Origin: Octopus sinensis | Lineage: Eukaryota | DNA: 64,000 nucleotides | NCBI RefSeq assembly: GCF_006345805.1 | Contig: NC_042997.1 | Coordinates: 77,810,001-77,874,000, forward strand | Direction: 5' to 3' | In this document: one piece after another, positions 1 to 9,196 of the stretch | Layout of the letters: every line of letters starts with the position of its first letter | How positions within the stretch are numbered: position 1 is the first letter of the stretch | Notes under the pieces: generated by a model | The model's input: the letters and a program-made list of their open reading frames with translations, nothing else | What the model was told of the DNA's origin: nothing | Database searches by the model: none | Made by a program: the position numbers and the translations under genes

Positions 1-1541
1 GGCACTCCTGCTAATCCACAAGACAGGCAAAGCTGGCAGCAGGAATACCACCTCTGTATTTTATAAGGGGCTGGTAGAGTTTAAGAGTGATGACATCCAG
101 GGAGGAGCTCTGGGTCTCAATGAGAACCAGCTATCCAACCTGTTTCAGAGAATTTTCAGGCTGGAGTACTTGGATCATCATTATCATCATCATTTAGCGT
201 CCGTTTTCCATGCTAGCATGGGTTGGACAGTTCAACTGGAGTCTGTGAAGCCGGAAGGCTGCATCAGGCCCAGTCAGATCTGGCAGTGTTTCTACGGCTG
301 GATGCCCTTCCTAACGCCAACCACTCCGTGAGTGTAGTGGGTGCTTTTTACGTGCCACCTGCACAGGTGCCAGACGGAGCTGGCAAACGGCCATGAACGG
401 ATGGTGCTTTTACGTGCCACCGGCACGGGGGCCAGGCGAGGCTGGCAGTGGACACGAACGGATGGTGCTTTTACGTGCCACCGGCACGGAGGCCAGACGG
501 GGCGACGCTGGCAACGGCCATGATCGGATGGTTTGCTTAACCACAGCTGCAACTTCCACTGATGTTGATCGACCTCAATTTTGGTTCTGCTTTCTGATAT
601 CTGATTTGATTTGGTTTGATTTTCATTTTGACTGTTCTCACTGGTCTTGCCGGGTCTTCTCATGCACAGCATACTTCCATAGGTCTCGGTCTCTAGTCAT
701 TTCCTTGGTGAGACCTAAAGTTCGAAGGTCGTGCTTCACCACCTCGTCCCAGGTTTTCCTGGGTCTACCTCTTCCACAGGTCCCCTCAACTGCCAGAGTG
801 TGGCACTTTTTCACACAACTATCTTCATCCATTCTCACCACATGACCATACCAGCGCAATCGTCTCTCTTGCACACAACAACTGATGCTTCTTAGGTCCA
901 ACTTTTCTCTCAAAGTACTTACACTCTGTCGATTATGAACACTGACATTACATGCTACCAAAAATCCCTGACCTGGCAGTGCTATAGGAATGCATTACCT
1001 ATTCACGAAAAATTGTCCAAGCATGGAATATCAGTGCCATATCAGTGTGATAAAGATTGTACCGCTCACCAGACTATCGAAGGAAGATAAGGCATTCTTT
1101 TTGTGTACAGTCGCAGTGTTGAAAGAGTGTGTATGGAGAACTAGAATGCAAGGAGTCATGACAGGAACTTTTATGTCCAGCCCTGGGTTGCTGTACTACT
1201 TCAGATATCATCTGAAGAGCAAGATAAGGCTGGAGAGGAGACACATGTCGCGAAGTATATTCGAGAAAAGATGGAAGGATGTAGCAAGGAAGTTGGGCAT
1301 GATTGACCCTACTTAATCTCACTCTTGGTAAAAGCAAGGTGTAGTCGCTGGACTTCACGGTCATGGTTTATCTATAAAAGGTACAAAAATTTTTTAATAT
1401 TATATTCATCATCTGATTTTTAAAAACCCTTATAATATGAACTCATGATCGCTTATTTTGTTTGTAATGTCCTGTACTGTCCTTTTCTATGTAAGATATT
1501 AATTATCATAAAGAATCATCTCATCGACAAGAGTCAATAAA
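1..1541 (+). mobile_element. Tx1/L1-like LINE, 3' part of ORF2 plus 3'UTR, interrupted by an RTE 3'-end insertion at 176-953
   Basis: 1-175 and 955-1316 are colinear with the ORF2 C-terminus of the L1 at 18748-19391 (LAWQCYRNALP...LCTVAVLKECVWRTR...YFRYHLKSKIRLER). AATAAA at 1536-1541. Confidence 0.85.
176..953 (-). mobile_element. 5'-truncated RTE LINE 3' end with tandem-repeat 3'UTR and (CAT)n tail
   Basis: ORF 638-961 (QERRLRWYGHVVRMDEDSCVKKCHTLAVEGTCGRGRPRKTW) matches the C-terminus of the RTE at 40550-41443. It shares the terminal sequence and ATG/CAT tail with the other copies. Confidence 0.9.
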
Positions 1542-1850
1542 CTCGAAACATTGATATCTGAGGTTTCTGAGAGAGGGCGACATTGAATGAACGGGGTGTT
1601 TTCACACCTTTTACCATAAGAGATTATTCTCCATGATAACTGCAGTTAGCAATTGAAATATTTGACAAACATATTTCAACTAACCTAAATTGTGATTATA
1701 CATAAACACTGCTTCACACAATTACTCCAATATATATATATATATTTATAATAAGATTAGCTTGTATACGAGTGGGTATATATTTGTAAAAAATGAAGTT
1801 TGAAAATGCTGCTATATTAGACAAATTTTTTATTTTTATATATACATTAT

Positions 1851-1898
1851 TTATTTAACATGTTTCGGTTCTTGAAATGACAAACCTTATCAAAAAAA
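1851..1898 (-). ncRNA. Minimal type-I hammerhead ribozyme motif (U3-A8 core variant) at the PLE 3' end
   Basis: Minus strand reads UUUUUU-UUGAUAA-GGUU..AACC-GAAA-CAUG-UU-AAAUAA. Stem II is GGUU/AACC, loop III is the palindrome ACAUGU, and the putative cleavage triplet is GUU. Confidence 0.55.
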
Positions 1899-1954
1899 AT
1901 TATATATAAAAAAGATAGTTCATGCTATCAAATATAAAAAATTCATATATAATA

Positions 1955-2222
1955 AAAAAATTCATATATAGTGAAGCGAGTCCATGCTATATGTTTAAAG
2001 AGTATGATGTAGTAGTTCATAGTGGTGATATGCATTCAATATAAAAAATTCATGTTCTTGAAAAAGCGAGGAATTCATTTTAGGTTTTAAAAAATTCATA
2101 TATAGTGAAGCGAGTCCATGCTATATGTTTAAAGAGTATGATGTAGTAGTTCATAGTGGTGATATGCATTCAATATAAAAAATTCATGTTCTTGAAAAAG
2201 CGAGGAATTCATTTTAGGTTTT
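1955..2222. repeat. 134-bp tandem duplication in the PLE 3' region
   Basis: GTGAAGCGAGTCCATG occurs at 1971 and 2105; the two units are near-identical. Confidence 0.9.
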
Positions 2223-2319
2223 ACCTTGTGTTCCAATGGGGGCAACTGTGATAACTTTTGGTTGGTGTCTGTTCGAATAGTTCTGGTGAATCTTGTGAAT
2301 TGTTTGGGTTATATATCAC

Positions 2320-2620
2320 CTGTTAGGTGGCTAGTCCAGCGGAACGAGACGTCATCATCTCGTTAGGTGGCTAGTCCAGCAGAACGGGACGTCATCAATG
2401 TTTTGACCAATCAGAATCGGGTCTGACCTATAGCTGTATTAGATCTGACCCATGTCTGTATCCTGTTAGGTGGCTAGTCCAGCAGAACGAGACGTCATCA
2501 ATGTTTTGACCAATCAGAATCGGGTCTGACCCTTAGCTGTATCGTATGTGGAAACCGACCAAGCAGGGTGACAATAGCTTGCCCACTGAGGTAATACGTC
2601 ATCAGTTTCTTGACAAATCA
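2320..2620. promoter_or_regulatory. Repeated CCAAT-box / CRE-like (GACGTCA) modules in the PLE 3' region
   Basis: Three copies of CTGTTAGGTGGCTAGTCCAGC..GACGTCATCA and two of TTTTGACCAATCAGAATCGGGTCTGACC. Confidence 0.4.
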
Positions 2621-2769
2621 GGATTAGATCTGCTTGTAGAGATCTTTTTATAAATTTTTTTCCTTTCCCTAAGACATATTTCTGTCAGTGTGAGTGACTG
2701 TTTAAGGCAGCGGCCGTGGTGGAATTTTGCTTCTCCTTTTCGGAGGACCAATCTTTTGTTTTAATATTC

Positions 2770-5055
2770 CTAGCCCAGGGTGTTCAAACTTGGTCTAAAT
2801 TTTTTGATGAAATACAGTTCTTTATTTTGGCGTTGCGTGAAGGTTACGCTGTCACTGAATTTATAAAGCGGGTAAGTTGTAAATTTCGGATTTACATTTC
2901 CAGCACATCTATCTATGTGTCCGCTGACCGGTATTTTCCGGTATTCAGGGTTTCTAATTTGTGATTTATGCACTGCCATCCTGTTACGTAAGCTATTTTT
3001 TGTATGGCCTGCATACTGCCTATTGCAGCCTGCGCATGTTATGACGTAAATTAAGTTTTCTGATGCGCAGGTGAAGTTTGCTCTAATGGTGAACTGATGG
3101 CCTTGTTCTAGTATAAATTCTGAACCTTCTATCAAGATGACACAGATTCCGCAGTTGGGCCTTCCACATTTTCTAACTGCTGGTTTTGTGGTTGATGTTG
3201 AGTGCAGTTTAGCTTGGGTTAAAATCCTTTTCAAGGATTTTGGTTGCTGTTTACTTTTAATGATGGTGTGTGTTTCGAGGATCCGGTTCATCTTTGGGTC
3301 TCCCTTTAGTAGAGCTGTGCTTTGTAGTATGGTGCTGAAGGCCTCATTGTTGAGTGGGTTGTGTGTAGAGATGTAGGGAAGGGTTTTTAATTGTTCTTTC
3401 TTTTTTGGTTTTGTTTGTCTCAGGTCTTCTATACTTAATTTGAGTGCCCTTTGGATTGCACTGTCTATTAGGGGCTGTGGATAGTTTCTATTTGTGAGTG
3501 TGGTTCTAAGTTCCTGGAGACGTGTGTGTCGGGTGTTTGTGTCTGATATTATGGTGCAGATCCTTCTAGCTAAACAAAAAGGGACATTTATTCTAGTGTG
3601 TCGTGGGTGGCATGAATCAAAGGGTAGGTATTGTTTGGAGTCTGTCGGTTTATAGTAGATATCTGTCTCTATTTTGTTGCCGGTTTTCTTAATGAGGATG
3701 TCTAAAAATGGTAATTCTTCTTCATTATGATCCATCGTGAATTGTATATTATCATTTATTCCATTTAATAGTATTTTAAATTCCTCAAGTTTCTCTATAC
3801 TTTTGTCCCAGATGATGAAACAGTCGAGGTATCTTTTCCAGTTATTCTGGATATAGGTGGAGAAGGTGTTTCCAAATTTCTCGAGTGTTATCTGGTAGAG
3901 TATTTTCTCGAGGTATCCCATCACTAGGTTGGCAAAAGATGGTGCAGTACGCGTGCCCATCGCTGTTCCCGATCTTTGTCTGTAGAAATTATTGTCAAAA
4001 ATAAAGTAATTGTTTTCTAAAATAAATCTAAGTCCTTCTATTATAAGGTCTTTGTTTATGCGAGTTGGGAGTTCAAAGGGGTAGTTATTCAGCCAGAAGG
4101 TGATCGCTTCTATTCCTAGGTTGTGAGGGATGTTAGAATAAAGATTAACTACGTCGAATGATACTAGAAGGGTTTTCTCATTGACTGTTTTAGGGAGGTG
4201 GTTGAGCATATCTATATCGTCTCTTACGTAGCTTTTGATGTGTTTTAGGAAAGGTTTAAGAAGTGTGTCTAAGAAATTGCTGAGGCGGTGAGTCTCACAT
4301 GCTGGCCCTGCTATTATCGGTCTAAGTTTAAGATCATTTGGTGAAGGGATTTTGATGAGTATATCGGTAGATGTTTTGCATGTTTCTCTAATTATTTGGC
4401 TTTTGTGTACTTTAGGGATACCATAGAACAAACTCGATTTGCATTTGAAGTTAGTGATGTATTCATACTCCTTGTCCGTGAGTTCTTCTCGGTATGTGTT
4501 GATTAATGTCCTAAGGTTATGCATTATTTTTTGCTGATTATACTGTTGGGCCCTTTCATAATACGTTTCATCTCTTAATAGGGATAGCACTAAATTTTTA
4601 TAATCGTTTGTATTCATTACTACTATCGCGTTGCCCTTATCTGCCTCCTTAATTGTTATTGCTTTGTCTTCTCTTAGTTTGATGAGGTCGTTCCATTCTC
4701 TTTTGTTAAAGTTAGGGCTGTGTTTTTGTTTCTTGATGAATTGAAACGGGAAATTAGTTATGTAGTCACAATAGCGGTCTAAGGCTTTATTCTTTCCCTT
4801 GGTGGGGGTGTAATTGCTCTTGTTTCTAGCTATTGAATCCTCATCTATTTGTTTGTCTTGAAATTCCTCGGTGAGTCTTAGTTTCCTGCAAAATTCCGAA
4901 ATATCATCTTTCATTTCATAGTAATTAGAACACTGTGGGGTTGGTGTAAATTTAAGTCCTTTGGAGAGTATGCTTATTTCGTTAGGTGTAAGTTCTTTGT
5001 TTGAGAGATTAATTATCTTAATTACCTGAGGTTTCTTTTGTTTGTCCTTTGCCAT
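2770..5055 (-). CDS. PLE reverse transcriptase + GIY-YIG endonuclease (761 aa); YxDD motif reads YLD-C
   Basis: Motifs IINLS..ELT..E.SILSKGLKF.PTP, LRPIIAGP, LVSFDVVNLYSNIPH, YRQRSGTAMGT..APSFANLVMG, WKRYLDCFIIW, LPFLDI, IYYKPTD, Cys linker CGRPNCGIC, and GIY-YIG LIYVITC..C...YAG...R...KE...I....PSLN. Confidence 0.93.
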   Translation of the reverse strand: MAKDKQKKPQVIKIINLSNKELTPNEISILSKGLKFTPTPQCSNYYEMKDDISEFCRKLRLTEEFQDKQIDEDSIARNKSNYTPTKGKNKALDRYCDYITNFPFQFIKKQKHSPNFNKREWNDLIKLREDKAITIKEADKGNAIVVMNTNDYKNLVLSLLRDETYYERAQQYNQQKIMHNLRTLINTYREELTDKEYEYITNFKCKSSLFYGIPKVHKSQIIRETCKTSTDILIKIPSPNDLKLRPIIAGPACETHRLSNFLDTLLKPFLKHIKSYVRDDIDMLNHLPKTVNEKTLLVSFDVVNLYSNIPHNLGIEAITFWLNNYPFELPTRINKDLIIEGLRFILENNYFIFDNNFYRQRSGTAMGTRTAPSFANLVMGYLEKILYQITLEKFGNTFSTYIQNNWKRYLDCFIIWDKSIEKLEEFKILLNGINDNIQFTMDHNEEELPFLDILIKKTGNKIETDIYYKPTDSKQYLPFDSCHPRHTRINVPFCLARRICTIISDTNTRHTRLQELRTTLTNRNYPQPLIDSAIQRALKLSIEDLRQTKPKKKEQLKTLPYISTHNPLNNEAFSTILQSTALLKGDPKMNRILETHTIIKSKQQPKSLKRILTQAKLHSTSTTKPAVRKCGRPNCGICVILIEGSEFILEQGHQFTIRANFTCASENLIYVITCAGCNRQYAGHTKNSLRNRMAVHKSQIRNPEYRKIPVSGHIDRCAGNVNPKFTTYPLYKFSDSVTFTQRQNKELYFIKKFRPSLNTLG

Positions 5056-5810
5056 CGTGTGTCCCTGTTCCTGTGTGTAAGGTCTAAAAAATGGTTGGTG
5101 TAGTTATGTTCAAAACTACTATTTATCTGTATCATGTTGTTATAATTGTCAGAGTGAGTTTGTGGTGCTCTGTTCTGAAGTGTGTTGTTGTACCTAGTGT
5201 TCCGTCTTAGTTCATCAGGTATATTGTGTTGGTAGTTGTTTCCTCCGTAGTGCATTTGTTGTTTGTTAGGTTTGTATGGTTGGTTCCTGGGGTGGATGTT
5301 TGGTAGTAGAGTTTTAGTTTGGTTATGTGGATTGTATTTCATAGTATTGTATGTTGTAGCCCTTAGGTTCGTGAAATGGTGTGGTGGGCCCCTGTAAGTG
5401 TTTTGGGGTTGGTGTAGGTAGTGTGGGGTGCGTTTTAAATGTATTTTTCTGGTGTAGAGTGTGTTTGGATTTCTTGGTGGTTGTTCTGTTCTGTTGGTAT
5501 ATCTATTTTCGAACTGGTGTGGTGGGCCTCTGTAGGTGTTTTGGGGTTGGTGTAGGTAGTGTGGGGTGTGTTTTAAGTGTATTTTTCTGGTGTAGAGTGT
5601 GTTTGGATTTCTTGGTGGTTGTTCTGTTCTGTTGGTATATCTATTTTCGAACTGGTGTGGTGGGCCTCTGTAGGTGTTTTGGGGTTGGTGTAGGTAGTGT
5701 GGGGTGTGTTTTAAGTGTATTTTTCTGGTGTAGAGTGTGTTAGGATTTCTTGGTGATTGTTCCGTTCTGTTGGTATTTGGTTTTGATTTACTTAATTTTA
5801 TGAAGGGGTT
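5022..5810 (-). CDS. PLE upstream reading frame (at least 263 codons, N/Q/T/P/H/Y-rich) or N-terminal extension of the RT ORF, with 46-aa repeats
   Basis: My translation finds no stop in the frame of ORF 5022-5342 back to about 5810. Five of 7 differences among the 138-bp repeats are synonymous in this frame. Confidence 0.6.
   Translation of the reverse strand, partial: NPFIKLSKSKPNTNRTEQSPRNPNTLYTRKIHLKHTPHYLHQPQNTYRGPPHQFENRYTNRTEQPPRNPNTLYTRKIHLKHTPHYLHQPQNTYRGPPHQFENRYTNRTEQPPRNPNTLYTRKIHLKRTPHYLHQPQNTYRGPPHHFTNLRATTYNTMKYNPHNQTKTLLPNIHPRNQPYKPNKQQMHYGGNNYQHNIPDELRRNTRYNNTLQNRAPQTHSDNYNNMIQINSSFEHNYTNHFLDLTHRNRDTRWQRTNKRNLR
5378..5778. repeat. 138-bp tandem repeat, about 2.9 copies
   Basis: Unit GGTGTGGTGGGCC... 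starts at 5378, 5516 and 5654. Confidence 0.95.
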
Positions 5811-5836
5811 GTATATATATATATATATATATACAT

Positions 5837-6626
5837 TTTAGGTGGTGGTGATGGTGGAAGAGGAAGGATTTGTAATTAAGCATGCTGGAAAAAGGAGAAA
5901 AAAAGGGGGGAAGGAGGAAAAAGTAAAAAAGGAAGAAAAATGAAAAAGCGAAAAGAAAAGGGGGAAGAGAAAAAAAAACTAAAAAAAGAGAGTGAATGGC
6001 AAAGTATTAATGTACAGAGTATAAAAGTTCAGAAAGTTCAAAAGTCGATTGGAGAAATTTATGTCAATGAAAAAGTCCAGTGAAATCTGTGAAGATAGAG
6101 TCTGTAGATCAAGTGGTAACCCAGGTGGTGTGCTAATATGTGGATGAGGAGAGGTGCTGAAAGTTCAGGAAGTGGTTCAGATATGCAAGTCCAAAGAGTA
6201 GGCAGTTCAGTCAGAATGAAACTGGGGTAACCATGTGAGCATATAATATATAGTTGAAATTTATAGAAAAACAAAAGAGAAAGACAGGTGTATGAACAAC
6301 AAGCAAGTGTATTAGTTTGATGCTTGGGAAAAATAGAAGTCTTTTACATTTGGAGCCTACATTCTTCAACAGACAGGAAGAGAAAATAAACAGAGAGAAT
6401 GAAAAACTTGTTGATTTCAATAGTCCAACATGGCACTTTAGGTAGTGGTGAAGGTGGAGGAGGAAGGATTTGTAATTGGGCATGCTGGGAAAAAGGAGGA
6501 AAAAGGGGAAAAGGAAAACAAGGAGGAAAAAGTAAAAAAAGGAAGAAAAATGAAAAAGACAAAAAAGGGGATGAGAAGAAAAAAGAAAAAGAGAGAGAAT
6601 GGCAAAGCATCAATGTATTGAGTATA
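5837..6626 (-). mobile_element. Different PLE-type terminal fragment, with partial tandem direct repeats at 5837-6024 and 6437-6626
   Basis: Two diverged copies of TTTAGGT(G/A)GTGGTGA.GGTGGA.GAGGAAGGATTTGTAATT..GCATGCTGG. A degenerate ribozyme-like segment lies at about 6340-6375, and a related fragment at 33425-33585. Confidence 0.5.
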
Positions 6627-7256
6627 TATGTATTTATATATATGTATATGTGTGTGTGTGTGTATGTATATTTGTATATATATATACACAACAAAAAAAC
6701 ACACACACACACACACACACATACATACACAACAATAACACACACACATACACAACAATAACACACACACACACAACAAACACACACATGCACACACATA
6801 CACAACAAAAACACACACACACAGCTAATCGGTCCGTAAGTCAGGGATGACATTGAAATAAACAAGCCTCTGAAGACAGAAAACAGAAGACTGATAAGGA
6901 TGAATAACACGGCAGAAATGAATTCAGCTCAAAACAGAGAATATGATTGGTTAAAATTCGAAGAATTAAACTACGTAAAAGTTAGAAAATACATTTTTCT
7001 CCAAAAAACTAATTGAAATTAATGTTTTCTTTTGACACATTCTACCAGTATACGAAGTTTCAAATTATTTAGTTAAGTAGGAAATTCTGTCCATCTTTTA
7101 GAAAAGATCCCCTGATGATGATATTATGCTCATGTTGCATAAAAGTAAATTTAATATTTATTGAGTATTAATAGAAACGGCTGCAAGTGAAGATGACCAA
7201 TTTGCTGTTAATAATAAACAATTATTAACTTCCCAATCTTCATTGTCTTCTTTTAA

Positions 7257-7291
<35 letters not shown>

Positions 7292-8489
7292 TGTGTGTGT
7301 GTGTGTATGTAAAAATAGAGTATTCTTTGAGTGTTTATGTTTACACACAGATACATATCTATAAATATTTATACATATATATATAGTTGATATATAAACA
7401 GAGCAAATCTATCTATTTTTCCATTGATTGAAAAAAAATGAACAACCTTAATCAATTTTTTAACATTATTAAGTTCTTGTCAGGTGTTGACATCACTCTA
7501 ACCAATTCCAGAGAAACAAACAGCCAATGTGTTTGTATACTTGACAAATCCAGTCACTACAAAGAACTGAACCTACTAATTTACATATAATTGCTTAACA
7601 GTTTATCTAATATCAGTAGCTTGTTTGCTTTCCTTGCTGGCATGGATTGTAATGATCCGAGTCAGTTCTTATTTGAAGTTACTGTCCTCCTAGACAAACA
7701 GATCACTTGTATATCTCATTTTTGGTTTGGTTTCTATGACTAGATGCCCTTCCTATCAGAGCTGTTGATGATAGGATATCTCCAGTAACTTTGCTGGGTG
7801 GGATTTATTGTGACACTAACACTAGAGAGGATGTCATACCTCTGGTCATTCACCAACCACTTTACTAATCATATTTGGTGTATTTTATCAGGGCACTGAC
7901 ACTTATATTTTGTAAGACTAAAGAGTCCTTATTAAAGTTATGTTGTGTCTGTTCAACATGAAGAACAATGTGAAGAGCAGATAGAGAGAGAGATGATGGG
8001 AGAAACAAGGGTGTGTGAGTGAAGAGAACAAGTGTGTGATAGAGAGAGTTGAGGTGAAGGGTGGGAGAGGTGGAGAGAGAAAGATCATTGACTGTTAGTA
8101 TAGAAAGGGTGCTGGTCAGGTATATTGAGTACAGAATGGTGGTGGAGAAGGGTTTGGGTATAGGAAGATCTAGTGCCAATCCTCATTACACAGGATGCAT
8201 GGCCAGAGAGAGGAAAGCAAGTGATTGTCAGAGAGATGAGAGTCATATAAGCCCAATGACAGAGAAATTCACTGTCATCTCATACAATGAACAGAGGAGA
8301 AGGAGCACAGATAGAAGGTGAGTAATAAAAAGAATGATACAGAAATGAGTGACAGAGTGATGAAAAAGAATCAAGTAGCTTAGCAGGTGACAAATGTAAA
8401 CTCAGCAGGACATGTGGGGTAAAAGACACAAATACAGATATATTACACCTCTCAACTCTCAACAATATCACTATTTCAACATTCATTTC

Positions 8490-8965
8490 ACTACATGCAC
8501 AGCTGGGAAGGTCTTCTCCAGTACTGCATATTGTCAATCACTGTGGTTACATGTCATCTGTGCGAAACCTAACATTCCAAAGGTCAGTTTTCATCACTTC
8601 AACTCATTAATTCTAGGGTTTCCTTCTTTCACAGATTCCAGCCACTTCGTCCACCCTATGCTTCTTTATGCAGTTGTCATTCTTGCAGTCTTTTCAAGCC
8701 CACTGTAACTCATCTCTTTTATACAGTTTTTCCCACAGCTTTTTTGCACTCCATCATTCATGCACATTAATAATATATGTGATTGCTTCATTTATTTCTA
8801 GCTTTCACAAATCCACTGCATTCAGTGTCCATGTCACACTACTAGGCAACATTACATTTCATACACTGGCATCATATAGTCTCCTCCACTTCAAACTGAG
8901 AGAGAAACCTTTCGTTGCCAGTAGAAGTAACAGCTTTTTGGACTTCTTCCAGTCTGTGTATACAT
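8490..8965 (-). mobile_element. Highly degenerate RTE C-terminal relic
   Basis: Minus strand translates with stops to LLLLATKGFSLSLKWRRLYDASV..., resembling LLVTKGLSLRVKGRLYDACV of the RTE at 40550-41443. Confidence 0.65.
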
Positions 8966-9187
8966 ATATACATATCTTTTAATAGTTAGTACAATACCAA
9001 TGGTTTCATGCAGAGAAAAGAATTTAAAATTATTCAATTGTAGCTTGAATAATAGTGGTAGTTCATTCATTTTTATAAGGCTTAATGCATTCATCTTAAC
9101 AAAAAAATGACCAAACCACCAGTATTGTTCAAACTACGATTGAATAATTGCAAACTTTGTGCATGAGAGCATAGGCATCATACTTAC

Positions 9188-9196
9188 AGCACTCAA
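9188..9196 (-). other. Candidate 9-nt microexon (TTGAGTGCT)
   Basis: Minus strand reads ...actgacatttgtaattaatttctttttgtag|TTGAGTGCT|gtaagtatg, with a long pyrimidine tract further upstream. Confidence 0.4.

Larger units (their letters stand above)
1851..5812 (-). mobile_element. Penelope-like retroelement (Neptune-type), nearly intact
   Basis: 761-aa RT+GIY-YIG ORF, an open upstream frame, a 3' region with tandem repeats and a hammerhead-like motif. The 5' side ends in a (TA)n tract. Confidence 0.92.

Noticed and set aside
6340-6375. Ribozyme-like segment in the PLE-type terminal fragment
   Set aside because: The core is too degenerate (CUGUUGA, CAAAU) to call a hammerhead.
6399-6761. K/E/G-rich 120-aa ORF
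   Set aside because: It is the purine-rich tract of a repeat terminus, present twice, and runs into a microsatellite.
7091-7185. CTGATGA...GAAAC with an internal TTATGC/GCATAA hairpin
   Set aside because: Stem II does not abut the core and there is no cleavage-site or stem I pairing.
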